From the NCBI GenBank assembly GCA_050949565.1, contig JBMNFY010000017.1, positions 1,888,001-1,952,000 of the forward strand: a stretch of DNA of 64,000 nucleotides. Direction: 5' to 3'. This DNA comes from Kiritimatiellia bacterium. Its GTDB lineage: Bacteria; Verrucomicrobiota; Kiritimatiellia; RFP12; UBA1067. A program made the translations under genes and the position numbers. The number at the start of each line of letters is the position of its first letter. Within the stretch, counting starts at the first letter, position 1. Shown piece after piece: positions 25,129 through 35,779 of the stretch. Below the pieces are notes generated by a model that saw nothing but the letters and a program-made list of their open reading frames with translations, had not been told where the DNA came from and did not search any database.

Positions 25129-28100
25129 ATGAAACATCAAAAGCAGTCGTTAAGTTTCATTACAATCGGACTCGCGAGCATTTGCACGATGCTGGCCGGA
25201 GGTGTCGTCGCATCGCTGCCGACACCGATGGCGTGGTTCACGATGGCCGAAGTCGAAGGGGCAGGAACCGTTATCGACGCATCCGGGAACGGGCGCAATC
25301 TCACCTTAGGGGCGAACGTGCAGATTGTCGACACCGAGCGGCACGGCAAGGCACTCAAATTCAGCGGCACGACGGCTGACTGGGCGCGGTTCTCCTGCCC
25401 CGCAGTCACGAACACCACGATTTCGTTCTGGCTCAACCGCGATGCGCAGGACAGTTCAATCACCAATGCCTCCGGCACCGAGTTGAACACGATTCCCTAT
25501 TTTCTCAATACCGGCTATTCGGGGTTCGGTATCAACTACGGAAGGAACACCGAAAACATATCGTTTATCAATCAAGCTAACAGTCCGCAGAGTAATTTTT
25601 TGGCTTTCGATGTATTGGCCAGATTGGCTTGGCACCATGTGGCGATTATCGTTGAACACATAGGGACGGACACAGTGAGCGGTTTCGAGATCCTGAAGTG
25701 TACCTCTTGTCGCGACGGATATTTTTACAAAAGTATCGTCTGGACGAACAATGCGGCGATGCGGACAGGTACCCAGACCGCCACGATCGGTAACAGCGGT
25801 GCCGGCGGTAATCGCCCGATCTCTGGTCTGATGGCCGACATCCGTTTTTACGATCAGGCACTGACCCCCGCCCAAGTTGTGCAGGTTGCCTCAGAGGGCG
25901 GCGGTGCTGGCGCGCCCGAGCTGGTCATGCACTGGCCCTTCGACGAGATGACCGCGAATGAGGACGGCACATTCACGACGCCCGAGGCCACCGGTAGCGG
26001 TGCCACCATGACGTTGGGGGAGAACATGACGCTCGTCGACGACGGGGTCATCGGCAAGGCTCTGTGTTTCAGGGGCACGAGCGGTCTCGGCGGCAGGGCG
26101 ACGTCGATCGATCGTCCGGTCTACGAATATACGGCCACATGCTGGGTGCGGCGTTCGAGTCAGGCTCATCTGTACGACGCACTGGTCGATAAGCCCTATC
26201 CGCGTCTTTTTGACAGCTTCACCTCTTCGGGTGGTGGCGGTTACTGCATTTTTGAAGATCTCGCCGATAACGGCAAGGGCTTTTCCCTGATGCCGGCCGG
26301 GGCGGGCACCACGTTTAAGGCCGTACTTGGCACGCGCTCTCCGATGTCGATGTGTGGAGTCACTTGGCCATGGTGACGCGTTACATCACGGAGGGCGCTG
26401 ACGCAGGCAAGGGCATCATCGATTTTTACGTGAACGGGGAGCCGGTCCATTCATACGATCTCCAGGCTGTGTTCAATCTGGTGCCAGTGCAGGCAGGTCG
26501 GGTATTCTGGGTTGGCAATGCAAACAGCGGGTACGATGGCAACCGTTATTTCTGTGGCGAGTTTGACGATTTTCGCATCTACGATGGCGCGCTATCGTCC
26601 AACGAGGTTAGGCGCATCTCCCGTGGACTGGCGGCGATTTCCGCCGGATCGGACTTCACCGTCACCGGAGACTCGGCGGTTCTGGCCGGTACGGTCGGCA
26701 ATCAAGCCGAGGGCACGTTGCGCAAGGGGTACGCCGGTACGACGGCATGGTCGCTCGTTTCGGCACCTGAGGGCGGGGAGGGTGCTGTCATCCTCCAGCC
26801 GGAAGCCGCGCTCACGTCTGTCACGTTGCCAGTCGCGGGAGAGTACGTCTTCCGCCTCACGATTTCCGACCTTGGTGCCTCGATGTCGGATGACGTCACG
26901 GTGACCCGCGTCGTCGAGGATACCGCCAACACAGCACCGACCGTTTCGCTGGCGGCGATGGCGGCGATGGCGGCGGTCACGCTGCCGGCGCCTCTGGAGC
27001 TTACGGCGACCGTCTCCGACGATGGCAGGCCGGCACCAGCGGCGCTCCGCACGCGCTGGACCAAAAAGTCAGGCCCCGGCGGTGTGTGGTTCGAGCCTGC
27101 GGACGCCGTGTCGACCAAGGCGTATTTCTCGGTCGGCGGCACGTATGTCCTCACCTGTTGCGCGGATGACGGACAGGCGCAGACGGCCTCCGACGTGACG
27201 GCGACGGTGGCGGACGCTGCGGACGGTGACACGCTCACGAACGGCCTGACGCGTTGCTGGACGCTGGAGGGGCATGCCCTGCCGTTCGGTACGGATGCGG
27301 TGACGGGCACGCCGATAAGCAGTGCCCCGGACTATGTGACACGTGTCTATCTGCCGGGCAGGCTCGGAAACGGCATCCGCTGCATGGGCGCACACCTCTC
27401 TTACTTCAACACCGGACTATCCTTTGCGGAGACCAAGGATCCGGCCATGACCCAAAACTGGTGGCCTGTGGAGCAGTACCAGACCATCAGCGCGTGGATT
27501 AAGATCGACTCCACAGACACCAACGAGGTGTTGGGTGCAAACATCCTCATGCAGCCGTATACGCTCGGCATCCGCTACAACGAAACAGGTACGTCCGCGC
27601 AGACGGGCGGCTTCTGCATTCATCAGCAGGGTGCCCTTGATACGGGCGGGATTAACATCGGTTGGGCACGGTATTTCTATCCCGCGCCGACGGTGAGTCC
27701 TGTCGATCGTTGGATGCACATCTGCGCTGTCGTCGACCGTCGTGAGGGGGAGGACATGGAGATGTGGTATGACGGTGTCAAGCAGACGCGGCTGAACACG
27801 GGTTCTGCTCGCGGTCGTGTAAATGGCAACAAAATCCTGCTTGGTGGACATGACAAGGCGGACGGAAACGACTACAACGGGTGCTGGACGAACTCCGTTT
27901 CCGGCGGGTTCTACAGCCGCACCTTTCCCGGCGTGATCGACGAGGTGCGCATCTGGACGCGCAAGTTGTCGGAGGGTGAAATCCGCTATCTGGCGGCGAA
28001 CCCGGTGATCGACCCCAATCGTGCGCCGACGATTGACGTGCCGGATGTGCCGCCACGGATGGTGGAGAAGCGCGTTACGGCGGTAGCGGCGGCTGTGTTT

Positions 28101-28331
28101 GATGATGCATTGCCCACAGGTAGTGTGCTGACGTATGCGTGGAGTGTACTTTCGGACAATGCGTCCGATGCTGTCTTCGGCGACGCGTCGGTGCGCGAGA
28201 CGACCTTCACCGCGTACGCGGCCGGTACATACAAGCTCCAGCTTGTTGTTTCGGACGGCGAGCGGACAACCTATTCGCGGATCTGCACTGTGGATGTGTC
28301 TACAGCGGGAACCCTGATCCGCATCCGGTAA
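25129..28331 (+). CDS. Secreted multi-LamG / PKD-like (Ig) protein, frameshift near 26330-26350
   Basis: Three LamG domains (WHHVAI, WSHLAM, WMHICAV; DIRFY/DFRIY/DEVRIW) and Ig repeats (GEYVFRLTISD). Ends GTLIRIR. Confidence 0.72.
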
Positions 28332-28447
28332 ACACGAAGGATGGAGAGGAATCAGAAGTGAAAATCGTGAAAAGATACGCAGATACCACCCCGGCCACAA
28401 ATAATGCCGCAACTCTGGACAGCGACCATAGCCGTTCAAGTGGAACC

Positions 28448-30373
28448 ATGAAACACATGAAATTTCATGAAAAACAGGGGCTCCTTGGCGGTTTCAGAAG
28501 GCGTTCAACTTTCAACGCTCAATTAAGTGTGCAAAATTTGGAGTGCGGTGACAAGAGTCGCGCTGTGCGCGGGTCGCGGCACCGCTTTCTCTCCGCGCTG
28601 TGCGCGGAGACACTCTTAGTCCTCACTCTTAATGCCTTTGCGCTTGCGCTGGTGTGTGGCTGCGCTGTGTGCGAGAAGACGGCGCAGCCAGCGATAGGCC
28701 CGGCGGCGCCGCTCGTGTTCACGGGTGACGTGCGCGGCGGGGCGCTCATCGAAGCGCCCGGTGGTGCCGAGCAGACGTTCGAGTGCTGGTTCATGGCGCT
28801 CGGTATGGGTCAAGGCGACAAACCCTATGACCGTATCGTGCAGACGCCGGACTGGTACCTTCACACGATCGCGAGCGAAGACGAGGTGAGCGCACTGACC
28901 TTCGGTTACACAGGTGCCGACGGGAAGGTACAGGGTTTCGGCAATCTCGGTGGCGCTGAGGGCGTCTATTTCGGCAAGTGGCAGCATGTCGCCGTCACGT
29001 ACGCGCCCGAGGGTTTCCGCGTCTACCTGAACGGTACGCTGATTTCCGGTGCCAAGGCACTTGCGCGCGCGCTTCCCGAGTCGCTCAAAGGCGGCCTTGC
29101 GTGTCTCGGCAACAGTTCCTTTGGCGCGCAGCGTGCATTTAAGGGCAAGATCGCGGGTGCGCGCTTTCTTGATCGTGCGCTGTCTGCCGCCGAGGTCGCC
29201 GCGCGTGCGACGATCAATCCCGACGGTAAGCCCATTGAGGTGCCGCCGAGCGCGGCAGCGACCGAGGCCGATCAAATTCCGGTCGTCGATATCTCGACCG
29301 ACGCGTCGCGCCAAGTGATCATAGCCGAAGGAGCGAAAGACCGCTACGAAGGCCATCCGACGACACTCCTCGCAGATGACGGTCGGACGATGTTCTGCGT
29401 CTGGACGACGGGACACGGCGGCCCGTGCGGACAGATGGCGCGTTCGGACGATGGCGGCTTGACGTGGACGCGGCTCGATGCGACACTTCCCGAGGTCTAC
29501 GGGCGTACCCACCAGAACTGTCCCGTGCTGCAAAAAGCGAAGGGGCCGGACGGCAAAATGCGGTATTTCATCTATAGTGCTAAGGCTAGGGAAGGGCGCG
29601 GCCTCGGCATCCTCATGAGTGAGGATCTCGGTAAAAGCTGGCGGGAAATGCCCTTTCAGGCGCATCTTTCCGCAGGCATGCCGCCGACGGGCTTCATGGT
29701 GCTTAAGGACGGCACCTGTGCCCTGTTCGGGCAGATCTTCAAGTCGCGTGCGAAGGCCAAGGACCGCCCCACCGACGACCAAGCGGTGTGGATGTCTGTC
29801 TCGCAGGACGGCGGTATCACTTGGGGGCCGTCGCGCATTGTCGCGGAAGCCGACCGGCGTAACCTCTGCGAGCCGTGCTGCCTGCGTTCGCCGGACGGCA
29901 ATACGCTTGTCCTGATCATGCGTGAGAACCGTCACCGCGGGCGTAGCATGATGTGCTTCTCGCGGGACGAGGGCCAGACGTGGACGACGCCGGTCGACAC
30001 GCCGTGGGCGCTGACCGGCGACCGTCACGAAGGCGTGCTGCTGCCGGACGGACGCTATGTGATTGCGTTCCGTGACCGGGCGCTCGGCTCGGAGACGTAC
30101 GGCCAGTTCATGGCGTGGGTCGGCACATGGGAGGATATCGTGCATGCCCGTCCTGGTCAGTACCGTATCCACCTGCTGCGTCACTACGGTCGCGGTGGTG
30201 TCTATCCGAGTGGCGACGGCGACACCGGTTATCCGGGGGTGGAACTGTTGCCGGACGGCACGCTGGTCTGTACCACCTACACGCGCCATTTCCCCGACGA
30301 CCGTCAGAGTTCAGTGGTCCTCACGCGCTTCAAGATCGAAGAGATCGATAACCTTTACAGGAAAGCCAAATGA
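28448..30373 (+). CDS. LamG + BNR/Asp-box exo-alpha-sialidase-like lipoprotein (start uncertain)
   Basis: Lipobox LVCGC, Asp-boxes SDDGGLTW, SEDLGKSW, SQDGGITW, SRDEGQTW, and GDTGYP. Confidence 0.75.
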   Translation: MKHMKFHEKQGLLGGFRRRSTFNAQLSVQNLECGDKSRAVRGSRHRFLSALCAETLLVLTLNAFALALVCGCAVCEKTAQPAIGPAAPLVFTGDVRGGALIEAPGGAEQTFECWFMALGMGQGDKPYDRIVQTPDWYLHTIASEDEVSALTFGYTGADGKVQGFGNLGGAEGVYFGKWQHVAVTYAPEGFRVYLNGTLISGAKALARALPESLKGGLACLGNSSFGAQRAFKGKIAGARFLDRALSAAEVAARATINPDGKPIEVPPSAAATEADQIPVVDISTDASRQVIIAEGAKDRYEGHPTTLLADDGRTMFCVWTTGHGGPCGQMARSDDGGLTWTRLDATLPEVYGRTHQNCPVLQKAKGPDGKMRYFIYSAKAREGRGLGILMSEDLGKSWREMPFQAHLSAGMPPTGFMVLKDGTCALFGQIFKSRAKAKDRPTDDQAVWMSVSQDGGITWGPSRIVAEADRRNLCEPCCLRSPDGNTLVLIMRENRHRGRSMMCFSRDEGQTWTTPVDTPWALTGDRHEGVLLPDGRYVIAFRDRALGSETYGQFMAWVGTWEDIVHARPGQYRIHLLRHYGRGGVYPSGDGDTGYPGVELLPDGTLVCTTYTRHFPDDRQSSVVLTRFKIEEIDNLYRKAK

Positions 30374-32361
30374 ACAAAACCTTCTTTCTGGGAGTGGCGG
30401 CGAGTGTCGCATTGAGCGGGAGTGCGCTCTGCGGCGAAGCACTGCGTCCGCCTGCTATGCACGTGCTGCCTGATGGTGCGATTCAAGCGCGGGCGTGGCT
30501 CCGGCATCAGCTCGAACTGCAACGCGATGGCCTGACGGGACATGCGGAGGAGCTTTACGATGACATTGGTAACAGCGACTGGCTGACCGGCGCAGGACGG
30601 GGCGGCCAGTACGCCTGGGAACGCGGTCCCTATTACGCGAAGGGGCTTGTGGCACTAGCACTGGCGCTGGACGACGCCGCGCTCAAAGCGAAGGCGAAGC
30701 GCTGGGTGGATGCCATCCTCGCGAGTCAACGGCCGAATGGCGATTTCGGTCCGCGCGAACGCAACTGGTGGGCGAACATGATCGCGCTCTGGCTCGTGCG
30801 CGATTGGTGCGCGGCGACCGACGATCCGCGTGTACCGCCGTTTCTGGAGCGTTACTTTGCGTTTCAGGCGCAGGAATTGCAACGCTATACGTTGGTGGAT
30901 GAGTCCAAGTGGGCCATGGCCCGCGGCGCGGATGAACTGGACGTGGTTCTCTGGTTGCACGCGCGTACGGGCAAGAGGGAGCTTGAGGCGTTTGCCCGTC
31001 TGCTGTCGGGGCAGATCGCCGATTGGAGCACCTTCTATCATCGCGGCGGCGACCCCTCAAAGGCGGGCTGCCGCAGCCACATCGTCAACTTCATGCAGGG
31101 CATCAAGGCACCGCCGCTGCAGTGGCGCGTCAACGGTGATCCCCGCCACCGCAACGCCTATGCGGCGGCGTTTGCGCCGGACGGTTGGATCATGACCTCC
31201 TACGGTCGGCCCGACCGCATGGTGAACGGCAGCGAGCCGCTTTCAAGTCGCAATGCATCAGAGGCCACGGAACTCTGTGCGATTGCCGAGCGCATCCTCA
31301 GCAATCTGGTGGCGCTGAGCACGTGGGGTGACGCCAGCATCGGCGATGATCTGGAGACGGTGGCGTACAATACGCTACCCGCGACTCTCGGCGCGGATGG
31401 ACGCGGTATGCGCTACTACAACATTCTCAACCTGCCGTACTGTGTGGATGGGCGCTACGGGTTTGTCAATAACGGCGAAAAGGTTGGATCACTTTGTCCC
31501 GGTCCGCATTCAGGTTTTGGCTGTTGCCGCTCTAACTTCCATTTCGCTTGGCCGAAATTCGTCCAGTCCCTTTGGATGCAAACGGCCGATGGCGGCCTCG
31601 CGGCGACAGCGTACGGACCTTGTACGGTGACGGCGGTCGCTGGCGGCACGCAGGTGACGGTGGAGGAGACGGGGAGCTATCCGTTCGGGCCGGATGTGAA
31701 GCTGACCTTCCGCGCGGGTGCGGCGACGTTTCCGCTCAAGCTGCGTATCCCCGGATGGTGTCGTGCGCCTCGGGTGACGGTGAACGGCGCAGCCGTGGCG
31801 GATGTCAAGCCGGGTTCATTCTGCACGGTCGCCCGTGCTTGGAAGCCGGGCGATGAGGTGGCGCTGCACTTCCCGATGGAGGTGACTGTCTCGGGCGGCT
31901 GGGATCGGGATGCGGCGGTGGTGACGCGGGGGCCGTTGCTCTATGCGCTCAAGCTCGCTTATGAAGACAAGGTGGTCGAGTCTTACGAGGTGCCGTTTGA
32001 AAAACGCACGGCGGGGGACCTGAACGGATTCCCGCGCCGCGAGATCCGCGCGGCTGAGCCGTGGAACCATGCGCTTGTGCTGAACGCGCGCGGCGGCATC
32101 GACGCCGAGGTGGTGACGCGGGAGATTCCCTTGCATCCATTCGACCCTGCCGCAGCGCCCGTGTCGCTGAAGGTGAAGACATTCAGGAGCGACTTCGGTG
32201 GATGGGGGCACACGCGCGACATTCTCACGGCGCGGGCCGTGGAGCCGCCGCCGAGTCCAATCGCGATTGAGGGTGATGTTCAAACGAGGGAACTTGTGCC
32301 GATGGGCGCGACCCAGGTGCGTATCGTTCTTTTCCCATGGGCGCGTGAGTCGGATAAGTGA
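30370..32361 (+). CDS. GH127/GH146-like (beta-L-arabinofuranosidase domain) glycosidase, copy 1
   Basis: WERGPYY, ATELCA, GCCRSNFHFAWPKF, YPF, LRIPGW, RGPLLYAL. Confidence 0.82.
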   Translation: MNKTFFLGVAASVALSGSALCGEALRPPAMHVLPDGAIQARAWLRHQLELQRDGLTGHAEELYDDIGNSDWLTGAGRGGQYAWERGPYYAKGLVALALALDDAALKAKAKRWVDAILASQRPNGDFGPRERNWWANMIALWLVRDWCAATDDPRVPPFLERYFAFQAQELQRYTLVDESKWAMARGADELDVVLWLHARTGKRELEAFARLLSGQIADWSTFYHRGGDPSKAGCRSHIVNFMQGIKAPPLQWRVNGDPRHRNAYAAAFAPDGWIMTSYGRPDRMVNGSEPLSSRNASEATELCAIAERILSNLVALSTWGDASIGDDLETVAYNTLPATLGADGRGMRYYNILNLPYCVDGRYGFVNNGEKVGSLCPGPHSGFGCCRSNFHFAWPKFVQSLWMQTADGGLAATAYGPCTVTAVAGGTQVTVEETGSYPFGPDVKLTFRAGAATFPLKLRIPGWCRAPRVTVNGAAVADVKPGSFCTVARAWKPGDEVALHFPMEVTVSGGWDRDAAVVTRGPLLYALKLAYEDKVVESYEVPFEKRTAGDLNGFPRREIRAAEPWNHALVLNARGGIDAEVVTREIPLHPFDPAAAPVSLKVKTFRSDFGGWGHTRDILTARAVEPPPSPIAIEGDVQTRELVPMGATQVRIVLFPWARESDK

Positions 32362-32388
32362 ATGACTAAAACAATGTTGTAAACGTAT

Positions 32389-32489
32389 GAGGCTCTTGTA
32401 AAACCCCTTCGTGGCATGGGCGTCTCGCCCATGAAACACGGGCAGGATGCCCGTGCCACGACTGTAAACAAAGGGTTTTTAAGAGCCTC
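32389..32489. repeat. Palindromic REP/MITE-like element, copy 3
   Basis: GAGGCTCTTGTAAAACCC...GGGTTTTTAAGAGCCTC with the two-hairpin core. Confidence 0.9.
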
Positions 32490-32515
32490 CGTGTACGAAA
32501 GAAAGGCAGAGAGAG

Positions 32516-33637
32516 ATGGCAGAGAAATGTTTCAAGGGTATGAGCGGGGCGCATGCGGCGATGTTCACGCCGTTCGATGCGAAGGGACGCGTGAACCCGG
32601 AGATGATCGCAAAGATCATGGATTATGGATACGCGAATGGCTTGAAAGGGTTCTATCTGACGGGAACGACCGGCGAGTGGTGGCTGCTCTGCGGACAGAT
32701 GGCGCGTTCGGACGATGGCGGCTTGACGTGGACGCGGCTCGATGCGACACTTCCCGAGGTCTACGGGCGTACCCACCAGAACTGTCCCGTGCTGCAAAAA
32801 GCGAAGGGGCCGGACGGCAAAATGCGGTATTTCATCTATAGTGCTAAGGCTAGGGAAGGGCGCGGCCTCGGCATCCTCATGAGTGAGGATCTCGGTAAAA
32901 GCTGGCGGGAAATGCCCTTTCAGGCGCATCTTTCCGCAGGCATGCCGCCGACGGGCTTCATGGTGCTTAAGGACGGCACCTGTGCCCTGTTCGGGCAGAT
33001 CTTCAAGTCGCGTGCGAAGGCCAAGGACCGCCCCACCGACGACCAAGCGGTGTGGATGTCTGTCTCGCAGGACGGCGGTATCACTTGGGGGCCGTCGCGC
33101 ATTGTCGCGGAAGCCGACCGGCGTAACCTCTGCGAGCCGTGCTGCCTGCGTTCGCCGGACGGCAATACGCTTGTCCTGATCATGCGTGAGAACCGTCACC
33201 GCGGGCGTAGCATGATGTGCTTCTCGCGGGACGAGGGCCAGACGTGGACGACGCCGGTCGACACGCCGTGGGCGCTGACCGGCGACCGTCACGAAGGCGT
33301 GCTGCTGCCGGACGGACGCTATGTGATTGCGTTCCGTGACCGGGCGCTCGGCTCGGAGACGTACGGCCAGTTCATGGCGTGGGTCGGCACATGGGAGGAT
33401 ATCGTGCATGCCCGTCCTGGTCAGTACCGTATCCACCTGCTGCGTCACTACGGTCGCGGTGGTGTCTATCCGAGCGGCGACGGCGACACCGGTTATCCGG
33501 GGGTGGAACTGTTGCCGGATGGCACGCTGGTCTGTACCACCTACACGCGCCATTTCCCCGACGACCGTCAGAGTTCAGTGGTCCTCACGCGCTTCAAGAT
33601 CGAAGAGATCGATAACCTTTACAGGAAAGCCAAATGA
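32516..33637 (+). CDS. Chimeric ORF: N-terminal ~58 aa of NanA-like lyase fused in frame to the sialidase C-terminal part
   Basis: MAEKCFKG...GTTGEWWLL matches 35780, then CGQMARSDDGG... matches the sialidase from 29426. Confidence 0.8.
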   Translation: MAEKCFKGMSGAHAAMFTPFDAKGRVNPEMIAKIMDYGYANGLKGFYLTGTTGEWWLLCGQMARSDDGGLTWTRLDATLPEVYGRTHQNCPVLQKAKGPDGKMRYFIYSAKAREGRGLGILMSEDLGKSWREMPFQAHLSAGMPPTGFMVLKDGTCALFGQIFKSRAKAKDRPTDDQAVWMSVSQDGGITWGPSRIVAEADRRNLCEPCCLRSPDGNTLVLIMRENRHRGRSMMCFSRDEGQTWTTPVDTPWALTGDRHEGVLLPDGRYVIAFRDRALGSETYGQFMAWVGTWEDIVHARPGQYRIHLLRHYGRGGVYPSGDGDTGYPGVELLPDGTLVCTTYTRHFPDDRQSSVVLTRFKIEEIDNLYRKAK

Positions 33638-35625
33638 ACAAAACCTTCTTTCTGGGAGTGGCGGCGAGTGTCGCATTGAGCGGGAGTGCGCTCTGCGGCG
33701 AAGCACAGCGTCCGCCTGCTATGCACGTGCTGCCTGATGGTGCGATTCAAGCGCGGGCGTGGCTCCGGCATCAACTCGAACTGCAACGCGATGGCCTGAC
33801 GGGACATGCGGAGGAGCTTTACGATGACATCGGCAACAGCGACTGGCTGACCGGTGCGGGGCGGGGCGGCCAGTACGCCTGGGAGCGCGGTCCCTATTAC
33901 GCGAAGGGGCTTGTGGCACTGGCGCTGGCGCTGGACGACGCCGCGCTCAAAGCGAAGGCGAAGCGCTGGGTGGATGCCATCCTCGCGAGTCAGCGGCCGA
34001 ACGGCGATTTCGGTCCGCGCGAACGCAACTGGTGGGCGAACATGATCGCGCTCTGGCTCGTGCGCGACTGGTGCGCGGCGACCGACGATCCGCGTGTACC
34101 GCCGTTTCTGGAGCGTTACTTTGCGTTTCAGGCGCAGGAATTGCAACGCTATACGTTGGTGGATGAGTCCAAGTGGGCCATGGCTCGCGGCGCGGATGAA
34201 CTGGACGTGGTTCTCTGGTTGCACGCGCGTACGGGCAAGCAGGAGCTTGAGGCGTTTGCCCGTCTGTTGTCGGGGCAGGTCGCCGATTGGAGCACCTTCT
34301 ATCATCGCGGCGGCGACCCCTCAAAGGCGGGCTGCCGCAGCCACATCGTCAACTTCATGCAGGGCATCAAGGCACCGCCGCTGCAGTGGCGCGTCAACGG
34401 TGATCCCCGTCACCGCAACGCCTATGCGGCGGCGTTTGCGCCGGACGGTTGGATCATGACCTCCTACGGTCGGCCCGACCGCATGGTGAACGGCAGCGAG
34501 CCGCTTTCAAGTCGCAATGCATCAGAGGCCACAGAACTCTGCGCGATTGCCGAGCGCATCCTCAGCAATCTGGTGGCGCTGAGCACGTGGGGTGACGCCA
34601 GCATCGGCGATGATCTGGAGACGGTGGCGTACAATACGCTACCCGCGACTCTCGGCGCGGATGGACGCGGCATGCGCTACTACAATGTCCTCAACCTGCC
34701 GTACTGTGTGGATGGGCGCTACGGGTTTGTGAATAACGGCGAAAAGGTTGGATCACTTTGTCCCGGTCCGCATTCAGGTTTTGGCTGCTGCCGCTCTAAC
34801 TTCCATTTCGCCTGGCCGAAATTCGTCCAGTCCCTTTGGATGCAAACGGCCGATGGCGGCCTCGCAGCGACAGCGTACGGACCTTGTACGGTGACGGCGG
34901 TCGCTGGCGGCACGCAGGTGACGGTGGAGGAGACGGGGAGCTATCCGTTCGGACCGGATGTGAAGCTGGTCTTCCGCGCGAGTGCGGCGACGTTTCCGCT
35001 CAAACTGCGCATCCCCGGATGGTGTCGTGCGCCTCGGGTGACGGTGAACGGCGCAGCCGTGGCGGATGTCAAGCCGGGTTCATTCTGCACGGTCGCCCGT
35101 GCTTGGAAGCCGGGCGATGAGGTGGCGCTGCACTTCCCGATGGAGGTGACTGTCTCGGGCGGCTGGGATCGGGATGCGGCGGTGGTGACGCGGGGGCCGT
35201 TGCTCTATGCGCTCAAGCTCGCTTACGAAGACAAGGTGGTCGAGTCCTACGAGGTGCCGTTTGAAAAACGCACGGTGGGGGACCTGAACGGGTTTCCGCG
35301 CCGCGAGATCCGTGCGGCCGAGCCGTGGAACCATGCGCTTGTGCTGAACGCGCGCGGCGGCATCGACGCCGAGGTGGTGACGCGGGAGATTCCCTTGCAT
35401 CCATTCGACCCCGCCGCAGCGCCCGTGTCGCTGAAGGTGAAGACATTCAGGAGCGACTTCGGTGGATGGGGGCACACGCGCGACATTCTCACGGCGCGGG
35501 CCGTGGAGCCGCCGCCGAGTCCAATCGCGATTGAGGGTGATGTTCAAACGAGGGAACTTGTGCCGATGGGCGCGACCCAGGTGCGTATCGTTCTTTTCCC
35601 ATGGGCGCGTGAGTCAGGCAAGTGA
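33634..35625 (+). CDS. GH127/GH146-like glycosidase, copy 2
   Basis: Near-identical to 30370-32361 with a few amino-acid changes (e.g. L/Q, R/Q, I/V, TFRAG/VFRAS). Confidence 0.82.
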   Translation: MNKTFFLGVAASVALSGSALCGEAQRPPAMHVLPDGAIQARAWLRHQLELQRDGLTGHAEELYDDIGNSDWLTGAGRGGQYAWERGPYYAKGLVALALALDDAALKAKAKRWVDAILASQRPNGDFGPRERNWWANMIALWLVRDWCAATDDPRVPPFLERYFAFQAQELQRYTLVDESKWAMARGADELDVVLWLHARTGKQELEAFARLLSGQVADWSTFYHRGGDPSKAGCRSHIVNFMQGIKAPPLQWRVNGDPRHRNAYAAAFAPDGWIMTSYGRPDRMVNGSEPLSSRNASEATELCAIAERILSNLVALSTWGDASIGDDLETVAYNTLPATLGADGRGMRYYNVLNLPYCVDGRYGFVNNGEKVGSLCPGPHSGFGCCRSNFHFAWPKFVQSLWMQTADGGLAATAYGPCTVTAVAGGTQVTVEETGSYPFGPDVKLVFRASAATFPLKLRIPGWCRAPRVTVNGAAVADVKPGSFCTVARAWKPGDEVALHFPMEVTVSGGWDRDAAVVTRGPLLYALKLAYEDKVVESYEVPFEKRTVGDLNGFPRREIRAAEPWNHALVLNARGGIDAEVVTREIPLHPFDPAAAPVSLKVKTFRSDFGGWGHTRDILTARAVEPPPSPIAIEGDVQTRELVPMGATQVRIVLFPWARESGK

Positions 35626-35652
35626 GCTGTTTAAACGATGTTGTAAACGTAT

Positions 35653-35753
35653 GAGGCCCTTGTAAAACCCCCTCGTGGCATGGGCGTCTCGCCCATGAAA
35701 CACGGGCAGGATGCCCGTGCCACGTCTGCAAACAAAGGGTTTTTAAGAGCCTC
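35653..35753. repeat. Palindromic REP/MITE-like element, copy 4
   Basis: Duplicate of copy 3 with SNPs. Confidence 0.9.
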
Positions 35754-35779
35754 CGTGTACGAAAGAAAGGCAGAGAGAG

